A stretch of DNA of 64,000 nucleotides from an uncultured Saccharicrinis sp. (GTDB taxonomy: Bacteria; Bacteroidota; Bacteroidia; Bacteroidales; Marinilabiliaceae). Under the pieces are notes generated by a model that saw nothing but the letters and a program-made list of their open reading frames with translations, was not told where the DNA came from and did not search any database. Every line of letters starts with the position of its first letter. Position 1 is the first letter of the stretch. Made by a program: the position numbers and the translations under genes. Location of the stretch: contig CAXXLC010000023.1 in the NCBI GenBank assembly GCA_963677345.2, positions 21,991-85,990 of the forward strand, in the 5' to 3' direction. Shown piece by piece: positions 9,272-18,082 of this stretch.

Positions 9272-11176
9272 TTTATGGTTTACTGGATGGGAAAAATAAA
9301 AACAAGATCCTTTTCCCAATTGGCTTTCCAACCATATTTTTCCTCCTAACAATTCCACAATGTTTTTAGCTATAGATAAACCCAACCCGGTTCCTCCCAT
9401 ATCAATACTGTACTGTTCTTCCTCTTTAAAAAACCTCTGAAAAACCATTTCCACCTTATCTTTCGAAATCCCTTTTCCAGTATCCAATACACAAAATTTA
9501 TATTCTGAACCAGATCCATTTAGCTTTACTGAGAATTTCACCTCTCCTTCATTTGTAAATTTAATGGCATTTTCGATAAGGTTACCAAGAACCTGCCGTA
9601 TCCGGTTAAAATCAGTATAAATATATTCCCCTACTCCTTCTTCTATAACATAGGAAAAGCGAATACTCTTTTTCTTTACGGATTTAATCCTAATCTCAAA
9701 AACCTGATATAAGCTTTTAAAAAGTTCTGGTAAAGAAACTTTTGTTTTTTCAATTTTTATTTGACCAACCTGAATTTGTGAAATATCAATTAAATCAGAA
9801 ATAATATGCAGTAATTGATTAGAATTGTCTTCAATTAAATCAAGATAACTCTCTTTATCTTCCTCACTTACTTCCTGATACCTAAGTAAATCCACAAACC
9901 CAACAATTCCATTCATTGGCGTTCTGATTTCATGAGACATATTAGAAATAAATGATGTTTTTAGCTTATCGCTCTCCTCTGCCTTTTCTTTAGCAACAGA
10001 TAATTGTTGGTTGATAATCTCAATATGCTCATTGTGCTCACGAAGCATCGTATTTTTTCCTTTAAGATCTTCATTAACTTCCTGCAACTCTTTTGTACGC
10101 TTTCTTACCTCCTTCTTAAGTTTCCTGTTAAATAAAGAAAAATATAGTGTGACAAAAGAAATAGCAATGACAATAAACACGAGAATTTTTAAATTTCGAT
10201 ATAAAGCATTTAAATTTTGATCTTTATAATCTTCGTATAAAAATCCATCCAACGAATAGTTTTCTCCCAACATTCCTAATTGCACATATGATTCTGCAAT
10301 ATGCTTCCAACGTTCTTTGTTGGTATGACCAATTTCAACAAATTTCGGAAGAACCAATTCTTCCATTTTCATTGCTTCATACATTAAAACCTCATAAGCC
10401 AAATCGTTACTATATTTATTTTGTATAAGTCTAACAATTTCCTCTTTGGTATTCATAGCGTAGCTCCATCCTTTAAGACTGGCTCTTACAAATTTTTGAA
10501 CAGTTTCAGGATTTGACTTTAAATAATCCTCTGAAGTAAAAATACAATCTCCATAAAAATCAACTCCATAAGCATATGGATTGATAACAACAGGTAACTG
10601 ACCTAATTGACTTAATACAAATGGAACATCAGTAACATAACCATCTATCACTTCATACTTACCATTTATTAAACCACCAACCCTGTCTCCATAAGGAATT
10701 TTTTCAACCAGACTATCTAAGCCCTTCTTTAACAACAATGATTTGGTAGATATAAGAGTTCTGTTCGAGATTCTTAATCTTTTATTTTTTAAATCTTCAA
10801 CTTTGGTAATTTTATATTTAGAAAGAGTAATAAAGGCTTCCGGAGAATGTTGAAAAATAGTAGCTAACACCACTACTCTTTTACCATTGTTACGAGCAAC
10901 TAATAAGCGGGGAGATTCCACACCAAACTCAGCCTTTTGCTCTAAAACATTATCTATAAAGTCTGACTTTCGACTACTATCTTCATTACCCTGAATAAAA
11001 TCAACATAAAGGCCTTCGTCTCTGTAATAACCTAATTCCTGAGCAGCATAATAACCGGCAAACTGAAATTGATGAGTCCACTTTAATTGCAGCTTCAATG
11101 TATCTGGTTCCTCAGCATTATTGTACTGAAAAAAAAGACATAGAAAACATATAATTACAACTCTTTTCATTATCAA
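9266..11176 (-). CDS. Sensor histidine kinase with periplasmic NMT1/THI5-like substrate-binding domain
   Basis: 636 aa. It has a signal/TM segment, an SBP-like region ([34 protein letters not shown]), a TM helix and a coiled coil. It also has a HisKA H-box ([10 protein letters not shown]) and HATPase_c G-boxes ([15 protein letters not shown]). Confidence 0.85.
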   Translation of the reverse strand: [636 protein letters not shown]

Positions 11177-11217
11177 TTTTCAATAAATTAACCAAATATA
11201 ATGCATTAAACCTCACA

Positions 11218-11631
11218 TTACAAACTTGCCCAAATCCTTGCTAACGAAGCTCCAGGAGCATCAATTTTCAAATCTAAAAAATAACCAAATGGAGTTTGAT
11301 AAACTTCATAACCGGCATTTTCTAATCTCGATTGCCCAGCACGAAACAAGTCAACAGTAAAATGGTATGAAGCTTTGGATTCGGACAAATGAGCAAAAGA
11401 ATGCAATATTATTCTTTTAGTATTATTCTTTCTGGCCGTCCACTTCAAATGATTCACAAGTTTTTTCTCTCTACTCTTTAAATCTTTTTCCTCATCATCT
11501 GTCTCCACCTGAATAAAAGCCAATATTGCATCGTTTACTTCCCTACCCTCATCAGGTTCATCAGCAATATCTACATTCTTAATTCCGGGTTTATACTCAA
11601 AACTATTCACATAAAAAACCAGCACTTTCAT
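11218..11631 (-). CDS. Free-standing archaeal-type threonyl-tRNA synthetase editing domain (tRNA-Thr-ED / DTD2-like) protein
   Basis: 137 aa. Three blocks align with the archaeal ThrRS N-terminal editing domain: MKVLVFYVNSFEYK, AILAFIQVE and ILHSFAHLSES...PFGYFLDLKIDAPGASLA. Confidence 0.7.
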   Translation of the reverse strand: MKVLVFYVNSFEYKPGIKNVDIADEPDEGREVNDAILAFIQVETDDEEKDLKSREKKLVNHLKWTARKNNTKRIILHSFAHLSESKASYHFTVDLFRAGQSRLENAGYEVYQTPFGYFLDLKIDAPGASLARIWASL

Positions 11632-11671
11632 TATTAATTTTTCTGTTTAACAAATAAGAAAAAAAACAATA

Positions 11672-11706
11672 AACAAAAAGCATGAAAGTTATTACCTTCA
11701 TGCTTT
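11672..11706 (-). terminator. Rho-independent terminator downstream of ftcD
   Basis: The hairpin agcatgaa...ttcatgct is followed by a T-run on the minus strand. Confidence 0.6.
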
Positions 11707-11732
11707 TGATAAATATATGAATTTTTAAATAA

Positions 11733-13424
11733 TTATGGCATTCTATCCAATATTTTAAGTTCAAGTTCTCTGGTCTTACGAACAATTTCCTCACCCTGGG
11801 TCAATATATCATTTAAAAATTCTTTATCTTCCAGATCTTTTGCATTTACACGAACATTTAGCCAGGCTCCTAAAACCCCACCCCTTGCACTTATAGCTCC
11901 TACACCAGCATCAGTTATAGAATTTGGATTTCCAATTTCTACCATTGCTTCCATAACCATCATGGATTCATAACATAATTTCATCGTATTAAACGGCACT
12001 AAAATAGCTTCCTTTGTAGCTTGTTCTATAGCTTTCTTTCGCATTAACTTTTCCTCATCATTACCTTTAGGCAACTGGAAAGCCTCCATTATACAATTAA
12101 AAGCATCGGTATCTTTATCCACCATTTTCAAGAGCTCATCATGATAGTATTTTCCTTTTTCAGCCCATCCTGAAAACTCTTCTGTTCTATGATCCCATCC
12201 TCTTTTATGAGAAGACAAATTTGCAACCATGGCACCAAGTGCTGCACCTATAGCTCCAAGGTATGCAGACACAGATCCACCTCCAGGAGCAGGTGATTCA
12301 CTGGCTGTTTCAAAAACAAAGTCTGTTAATGAAAGATCAACTAGTTTTCTCTTTCCTTTTAATGCTTCTTTTTCAAGGATGTATTCTATAATTTTTTTAT
12401 CAGGATCAAACGGATAGAGCTCATCCAACCCTAAAGATTTAACAGCAATTTTAATAATCTCTTTATCTGAAATTCCAGTAGATCTATTTTGTTTCTTTAA
12501 AAAATATTTACCTGCATCTAACATTGCTTTTAAAGGAACAACGCCAACCAACTCAGAGCCGGTAACCCTTAATCCATGAAAAGTTGCTCTTTCACAGGCT
12601 ACATCAAAAGCCTTATGCATACTTGTTACAGAAATATCCGTAAGATTAAGTGACAACTGCGCTATTCCATACTCTTCAATATACCAACCAATCCCTTTTA
12701 CCGACTTCAGCAGTCCTGGTTCATTAACAGGATTCCCATTCTTATCAGTTACCATCTTACCTGTTAACTTACCTCCCTCCCTCTTCACTCTTCCTCGCTC
12801 TCTAATATCAAATGCAATAGTATTTGCCCTGCGTGTACTTGTTGTATTTAGATTTACATTATAGGCAATTAAAAAGTTACGAGCTCCTACTGCTGTTGCA
12901 CCACTTTGCTGCACCTCTTCGGTAAAAACCGATGGTCCATAATCAGGTTTCCATTCTTCAGAAGTAATTCGTTCATTTAATGCCTCGTACTCACCTTTTC
13001 TGCATTCCGCTAAATTTTTGCGAATAACTTGTTTTGCAGCAGATTCGTAACAATAAATAGGAATATTAAGCTCCCGCCCGATTCTTTCTGCCAATTTATG
13101 AGCATAAACCACAACCTCTTCCATCGTAATATTTGAAACAGGGACTAAAGGACAAACATCTGTAGCTCCAAACCGGGGATGCGCTCCTTTATGCATGCGC
13201 ATATCAATTAACTCTTTAGCTTTTTTTACAGCCTGAAATGCAGCTTCCACAACATCATCGGGAGTACCAACAAAAGTCACCACCGTTCTGTTTGTAGCTT
13301 TTCCCGGGTCTACATCAATTAAACTTACACCTTCCACTTTTTTTATTTCTGATGTAATTTGATTGATAACATTCATATCTTGTCCTTCACTAAAATTCGG
13401 AACACACTCAATTAATTGTTGCAT
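11733..13424 (-). CDS. ftcD: Bifunctional glutamate formimidoyltransferase / formimidoyltetrahydrofolate cyclodeaminase
   Basis: 563 aa. The N-terminus MQQLIECVPNFSEGQD is the canonical FTCD start, and a C-terminal cyclodeaminase domain is present. Confidence 0.9.
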   Translation of the reverse strand: MQQLIECVPNFSEGQDMNVINQITSEIKKVEGVSLIDVDPGKATNRTVVTFVGTPDDVVEAAFQAVKKAKELIDMRMHKGAHPRFGATDVCPLVPVSNITMEEVVVYAHKLAERIGRELNIPIYCYESAAKQVIRKNLAECRKGEYEALNERITSEEWKPDYGPSVFTEEVQQSGATAVGARNFLIAYNVNLNTTSTRRANTIAFDIRERGRVKREGGKLTGKMVTDKNGNPVNEPGLLKSVKGIGWYIEEYGIAQLSLNLTDISVTSMHKAFDVACERATFHGLRVTGSELVGVVPLKAMLDAGKYFLKKQNRSTGISDKEIIKIAVKSLGLDELYPFDPDKKIIEYILEKEALKGKRKLVDLSLTDFVFETASESPAPGGGSVSAYLGAIGAALGAMVANLSSHKRGWDHRTEEFSGWAEKGKYYHDELLKMVDKDTDAFNCIMEAFQLPKGNDEEKLMRKKAIEQATKEAILVPFNTMKLCYESMMVMEAMVEIGNPNSITDAGVGAISARGGVLGAWLNVRVNAKDLEDKEFLNDILTQGEEIVRKTRELELKILDRMP

Positions 13425-13719
13425 ATTATCAAGGTTTTAAACAATTCAATTTATTTAACTCAAAAATTACAAGATATTGTAACATTAAGAATTACTAAAT
13501 GATAAGCATCAGGTAATGATTATGATTTAAAACAGCCTACAGCCAGAATGTAAATGTTAAAAAATGATAAAATAAACACTTACCGATAAAAAAACATTGA
13601 CAAGAGATAAAATGCGTTGTAATTTGTCGTTAGTAAAAATGCTCTCCTGGTCCCCAATAATAGGAACATTCAAAATGTGTGTGAGGTTTAGGTTAGTTTT
13701 TTTTAGAATGTTTCCGTAT

Positions 13720-13752
13720 GCCTGTCTAATCTCAGACAGGCTTTCTTTTTTT
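13720..13752 (+). terminator. Orphan rho-independent terminator with no upstream plus-strand gene
   Basis: The hairpin gcctgtct-aatctc-agacaggc is followed by tttcttttttt. It sits inside a 480-bp divergent intergenic region. Confidence 0.55.
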
Positions 13753-13875
13753 ATAGTGGCTATAAAAACAAATCAATAACCAACAAATAATGCTATTCCT
13801 CCGTAAAATCTCCTAAGAATAAAGCAGAAAACGTACTTAAAACAGTTAAAAATTAGCAGTATACAGGAAAACAAC

Positions 13876-13883
13876 TATTTTTG
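13876..13883 (+). promoter_or_regulatory. Bacteroidota -7 box (TAnnTTTG)
   Basis: TATTTTTG lies 26 nt upstream of the helicase ATG. Confidence 0.5.
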
Positions 13884-13908
13884 CACAAATTTTAAAATCA
13901 TAGAGATA

Positions 13909-15030
13909 ATGCTGTTCGAAAAATTAGGAGTTGATAAGAAGTTCTGTAAAGCCATTAAGGAAATCAAAATTATTGAACCAACAGAGATTCAAGCACAAGT
14001 AATCCCTGCTTTACTACAAAACAATACCGATTTAGTAGCCCAGGCACAAACAGGAACAGGTAAAACTGCAGCCTATGGTTTGCCATTGCTACATCGTATT
14101 AACCCCAATAAAAAAGCAATACAGGGATTAATCCTTTGTCCAACAAGAGAACTCGGACAACAAATTGCTAAACAACTCTTTAAGTTCACAAAATATTCAG
14201 ACAAAATATTTACTGAGGCCATTTTTGGTGGAGCACAAATAGAAAGACAAATTAGTGCTTTACGAAGACCAACCCATATTATTGTTGCAACTCCCGGAAG
14301 GCTCATTGAATTACTACAACGTAAAGCTGTTGACCTGAATCAGGTATCTACCCTTATCCTTGACGAGGCAGATGAAATGTTAAGTATGGGATTTAAGAAA
14401 GAGCTTGATCAGATCCTTAAGCACCTCAGCAAGATAGATAACAAATGGTTATTCTCTGCCACCATGCCTGATGGAATTAAAAAAATTGTGAACAATCATC
14501 TTTCTAAAAATGCCATTAAAATAGAGGTCAGCAAAAAAAGTATTGTTAACAAAAACATTGACCATCAATTTTTAATTTGCGAAGAAGTTGAAAAGCTAAA
14601 TATTCTTTTACAGCTTCTTAAGATTGAAAAAGGAAACAGAGGAATTGTTTTCTGTAAAACCAAAGTTGCTGCCACCACGTTAGCAAAACAATTAAACGCT
14701 AAAAACATAAAAACAGATGCTATTCAAGGTGATTTAAAGCAAATAGAACGAGATAAAATTATGCGTATGTTCAAAAAAGGAGATATGCAAATTTTAATAG
14801 CCACTGATTTGGCTGCAAGAGGTATTGATATCGAGGGTCTTTCTTTTGTAATTCATTATCAATTGCCAGACAAAGACGAATATTACACGCACCGAAGTGG
14901 AAGGACTGCAAGAGCAGGCAAAAAAGGTTATTCACTGGCATTAATAACATCTAAAGAAATTAAATCGATCAGACATTTTGAAAAAGCGTTAAAAATAAGT
15001 TTTAAACAAATCAGAAGGTCTAAAAATTAA
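13909..15030 (+). CDS. DEAD-box ATP-dependent RNA helicase
   Basis: Motifs AQTGTGKT, DEAD, SAT and HRSGRTARAG are all present. Confidence 0.92.
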   Translation: MLFEKLGVDKKFCKAIKEIKIIEPTEIQAQVIPALLQNNTDLVAQAQTGTGKTAAYGLPLLHRINPNKKAIQGLILCPTRELGQQIAKQLFKFTKYSDKIFTEAIFGGAQIERQISALRRPTHIIVATPGRLIELLQRKAVDLNQVSTLILDEADEMLSMGFKKELDQILKHLSKIDNKWLFSATMPDGIKKIVNNHLSKNAIKIEVSKKSIVNKNIDHQFLICEEVEKLNILLQLLKIEKGNRGIVFCKTKVAATTLAKQLNAKNIKTDAIQGDLKQIERDKIMRMFKKGDMQILIATDLAARGIDIEGLSFVIHYQLPDKDEYYTHRSGRTARAGKKGYSLALITSKEIKSIRHFEKALKISFKQIRRSKN

Positions 15031-15052
15031 TTCCTATGTAAATCCAAGAGAA

Positions 15053-15394
15053 ATGAAAATTCAACTTGCGGAAAAACTGTATCATGGTAAAGAAGGTTAT
15101 AATTGTGCTCAAGCTATTCTAAAAGCTTTTCAGCCGGAGTATAACGTAAGTGAATGTGTCATTGATCAAGCTTCAGAAAAAGGTAGAGGTAAGGCCGAGA
15201 ATGGAATATGTGGAGCTTTATACGCTGCGCATCATTTAATAAAAGAACATTCTACAATTAATACTCTTAACCAGGACTTTATTATTAAAGGTGGAAGTAT
15301 GGAATGTAAAGAGTTACGCAAAAACAGGAAGCTAAGCTGTAAAGAATGTGTAAAATTAGCTGCATATGGCATTCAAAACCATTTATCTAAATAA
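15053..15394 (+). CDS. C_GCAxxG_C_C family (putative redox-active) protein
   Basis: 113 aa with the spaced Cys pattern YNCAQAI...ICGALYAA...C...CKEC, which resembles this family. Confidence 0.5.
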   Translation: MKIQLAEKLYHGKEGYNCAQAILKAFQPEYNVSECVIDQASEKGRGKAENGICGALYAAHHLIKEHSTINTLNQDFIIKGGSMECKELRKNRKLSCKECVKLAAYGIQNHLSK

Positions 15395-15428
15395 AAAAAA
15401 GGGATAACACAAATGTTATCCCTTTTAT
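15393..15428. terminator. Bidirectional terminator hairpin between convergent genes
   Basis: The order is an A-run, then gggataaca-caaa-tgttatccc, then tttt. Confidence 0.7.
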
Positions 15429-15448
15429 ATATCTGGTTATTTAAATGA

Positions 15449-17638
15449 CTAGCAATTAAATAATAATTCACGATATTTTGGCAATGGCCATAATTCATCG
15501 TCAACGATTAATTCCAGTTTGTCGATATGATAACGAATATCATCTAAGAAAGGACGAACTTTCGCATCGTAAGCAAATGCTTTTTCAGCACCTTCTTCAA
15601 GCTTATTACATTCTTTACGAGCTTCGATCATCTCTTTTCTCTTAGTTTTGATATAACGAGTATGACTAGAAATCTCTTTAATTAATTCAATACGAGCACT
15701 TGCCAATTCATTAAATTCTTCCTCAGAAAATAAGTCTTTTAAACCTTGAACATTTTGAATTAATCTGGTTTGATAAGCAACTGCTGTTGGAACAATGTGA
15801 TTAATTGCAAGATCTGCAAGAACTCTGGACTCAATTTGGATTTTGTAAACGAATTTCTCCATTTCAACTTCAACACGAGCTTCCAGTTCTTTTTCACTCA
15901 TAATTCCACCATCAACTAAAGTTTTCTTGGCAGCAGGCTCTAGATACTTAGTTAACGACTCAGGCACACTGGTAATATTAGTTAAACCTCTCTTAGCAGC
16001 TTCTTCTTTCCACTCATCAGAGTAACCATTACCATTAAATTTGATAGGCTCACATTCAATGATTAATTTCTTAAGAACCTGGAAGATAGCTTCATCTTTC
16101 TTAACTCCACTTTCAATTAAAGCATCTACTTCAACTTTAAATTCTCTTAATTGAACAGCTACAGCAGCACTTAATGCAGTTGTAGAAGCAGCAGCGTTAG
16201 CTGAAGAACCTACAGCACGGAACTCGAAACGGTTTCCTGTAAATGCAAATGGAGAAGTACGGTTACGGTCAGTGTTATCTAAGATAATTTCTGGAATACG
16301 ACCGATACCTAATTTAAGAGCTGTTTTTTCATCAGGAGTCATTTTGTGATCTGGTACCTCAGCTACAATTTTATCTAACATTGCTGAAACCTCAGTTCCT
16401 AAGAATGCAGAAATAATTGCCGGAGGAGCTTCGTTAGCACCTAAACGGTGACTGTTAGATGTTGTTAAAATAGATGCACGTAATAAATCCTGGTTTTTGT
16501 AAACAGCCATTAATGTGTTAACCACAAAAGTTAAGAACTGTAAGTTACCTTTAGGATTTTTACCTGGAGCATATAATACAACACCAGTATCTGTACCTAA
16601 TGACCAGTTATTGTGTTTACCAGAACCATTAATTCCAGCAAATGGTTTTTCATGTAATAATACACGGAAGTTATGATGACGAGCAACACGCTTCATCAAA
16701 TCCATGATAATTTGGTTGTGGTCATTACCTAAGTTAGCCTCTTCATAAATAGGTGCTACCTCGAACTGAGAAGGAGCTACCTCGTTGTGACGAGTTTTAA
16801 TAGGCATACCTAATTTGTGAGCTTCAACTTCTAACTCAATCATAAATTTAGATACACGCTCTGGAATGGAACCAAAGTAGTGGTCATCTAATTGTTGATC
16901 TTTAGAAGAAGAGTGCCCCATTAAAGTACGACCAGTTAATACAAGGTCTGGACGAGCCTGGTAAAGAGCTTCATCAATTAAGAAATACTCTTGCTCCCAA
17001 CCCATGTTGGTATGTACTTTAGTTACATTTTTATCAAAGTACTGACATACAGCAGTAGCAGCTTCATCAATAGCAGATAACGCTCTTAATAAAGGTGTTT
17101 TATAATCTAACGCCTCACCAGTATATGAAATAAATACGGTAGGAATACATAAGGTAGTTCCTACGATAAAAGCAGGTGAAGATGTATCCCAAGCTGTATA
17201 ACCACGAGCTTCAAAAGTTTGACGAATACCCCCTGATGGGAACGATGAAGCATCCGGTTCTTGTTGTGCTAATAACTTACCAGAAAAGTTTTCAATAATG
17301 CTACCATCATCGCCATAATCGATAAAACCGTCATGTTTTTCTGCAGTTCCGTCAGTTAATGGTTGAAACCAGTGAGTGTAATGAGTAGCTCCTTTTTCAA
17401 TAGCCCAGGCTTTCATACCTGATGCTACACCATCTGCTTGTTTACGATCAATAGTTCCCCCTTTTGCATTTGCAGCAGCTACTGCAGCAAATGAATCCTG
17501 AGAAAGATATTTTCTCATGGTATCAGTATTAAATACTAATTCACCATAATAATCAGTTACCTTGTTTGAAGGTATGCATACTTGTTTAGGTGCTCTGGAA
17601 AGCAACTCATTTAATGCTTGAAATCTTAATGTTGCCAT
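15449..17638 (-). CDS. glnN: Glutamine synthetase type III
   Basis: 729 aa, the length and sequence pattern typical of Bacteroides-type GSIII (MATLRFQALN... N-terminus, NGSGKHNNWS motif). Confidence 0.93.
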   Translation of the reverse strand: MATLRFQALNELLSRAPKQVCIPSNKVTDYYGELVFNTDTMRKYLSQDSFAAVAAANAKGGTIDRKQADGVASGMKAWAIEKGATHYTHWFQPLTDGTAEKHDGFIDYGDDGSIIENFSGKLLAQQEPDASSFPSGGIRQTFEARGYTAWDTSSPAFIVGTTLCIPTVFISYTGEALDYKTPLLRALSAIDEAATAVCQYFDKNVTKVHTNMGWEQEYFLIDEALYQARPDLVLTGRTLMGHSSSKDQQLDDHYFGSIPERVSKFMIELEVEAHKLGMPIKTRHNEVAPSQFEVAPIYEEANLGNDHNQIIMDLMKRVARHHNFRVLLHEKPFAGINGSGKHNNWSLGTDTGVVLYAPGKNPKGNLQFLTFVVNTLMAVYKNQDLLRASILTTSNSHRLGANEAPPAIISAFLGTEVSAMLDKIVAEVPDHKMTPDEKTALKLGIGRIPEIILDNTDRNRTSPFAFTGNRFEFRAVGSSANAAASTTALSAAVAVQLREFKVEVDALIESGVKKDEAIFQVLKKLIIECEPIKFNGNGYSDEWKEEAAKRGLTNITSVPESLTKYLEPAAKKTLVDGGIMSEKELEARVEVEMEKFVYKIQIESRVLADLAINHIVPTAVAYQTRLIQNVQGLKDLFSEEEFNELASARIELIKEISSHTRYIKTKRKEMIEARKECNKLEEGAEKAFAYDAKVRPFLDDIRYHIDKLELIVDDELWPLPKYRELLFNC

Positions 17639-17678
17639 AATTACTAAAAAATTTTATTTTTTTTTCGAGTTAGCGAAG

Positions 17679-17686
17679 CAAAAATA
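17679..17686 (-). promoter_or_regulatory. Bacteroidota -7 box (TAnnTTTG) for glnN
   Basis: The minus strand reads TATTTTTG about 40 nt upstream of the glnN ATG. Confidence 0.45.
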
Positions 17687-18021
17687 AATAATTCTAATTT
17701 AAAACCTTTTCTTTTCATGATTTTTTTCATAAAAATTAACCTTTGAAATACAAAACCCCATATTTTCAGATTTTTCTCCCATTTTTTTAGCTCTATTCTC
17801 AAATTATGTTGAAAAAAATATATTTTTCAACATCAACTCACCTTCATTAAAATAAATATTAAAAGTAAAAAAGAAGAAATATTTACAATTTATAAGCACT
17901 CAACCCTTAATTCCATCAATCAATAAACACCCTCTCCCCTTACCAACTTTAATATCAACATATACCCACACAATCAGGGACAACATTTTTGACATATCGC
18001 ATCTTTTCAACAATACACTAA

Positions 18022-18056
18022 AACAAAAAGCAGGTTTTAAAACTCAAAACCTGCTT
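18022..18056 (-). terminator. Rho-independent terminator
   Basis: A 10-bp stem agcaggtttt/aaaacctgct is followed by a T-rich run on the minus strand, downstream of the dipeptidase stop. Confidence 0.7.
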
Positions 18057-18082
18057 TACAAACTGTAAGTATTTACTTAACT

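Noticed and set aside
11603-11794. 63-aa ORF spanning the ThrRS-ED / ftcD junction
   Set aside because: It overlaps the 3' end of ftcD and the terminator hairpin, and it has no motif. It is a chance ORF in AT-rich DNA.
13597-13779. 60-aa ORF in the ftcD/helicase intergenic region
   Set aside because: It reads straight through an intrinsic terminator hairpin and has no recognisable motif or ribosome-binding context. The region is better explained as non-coding.
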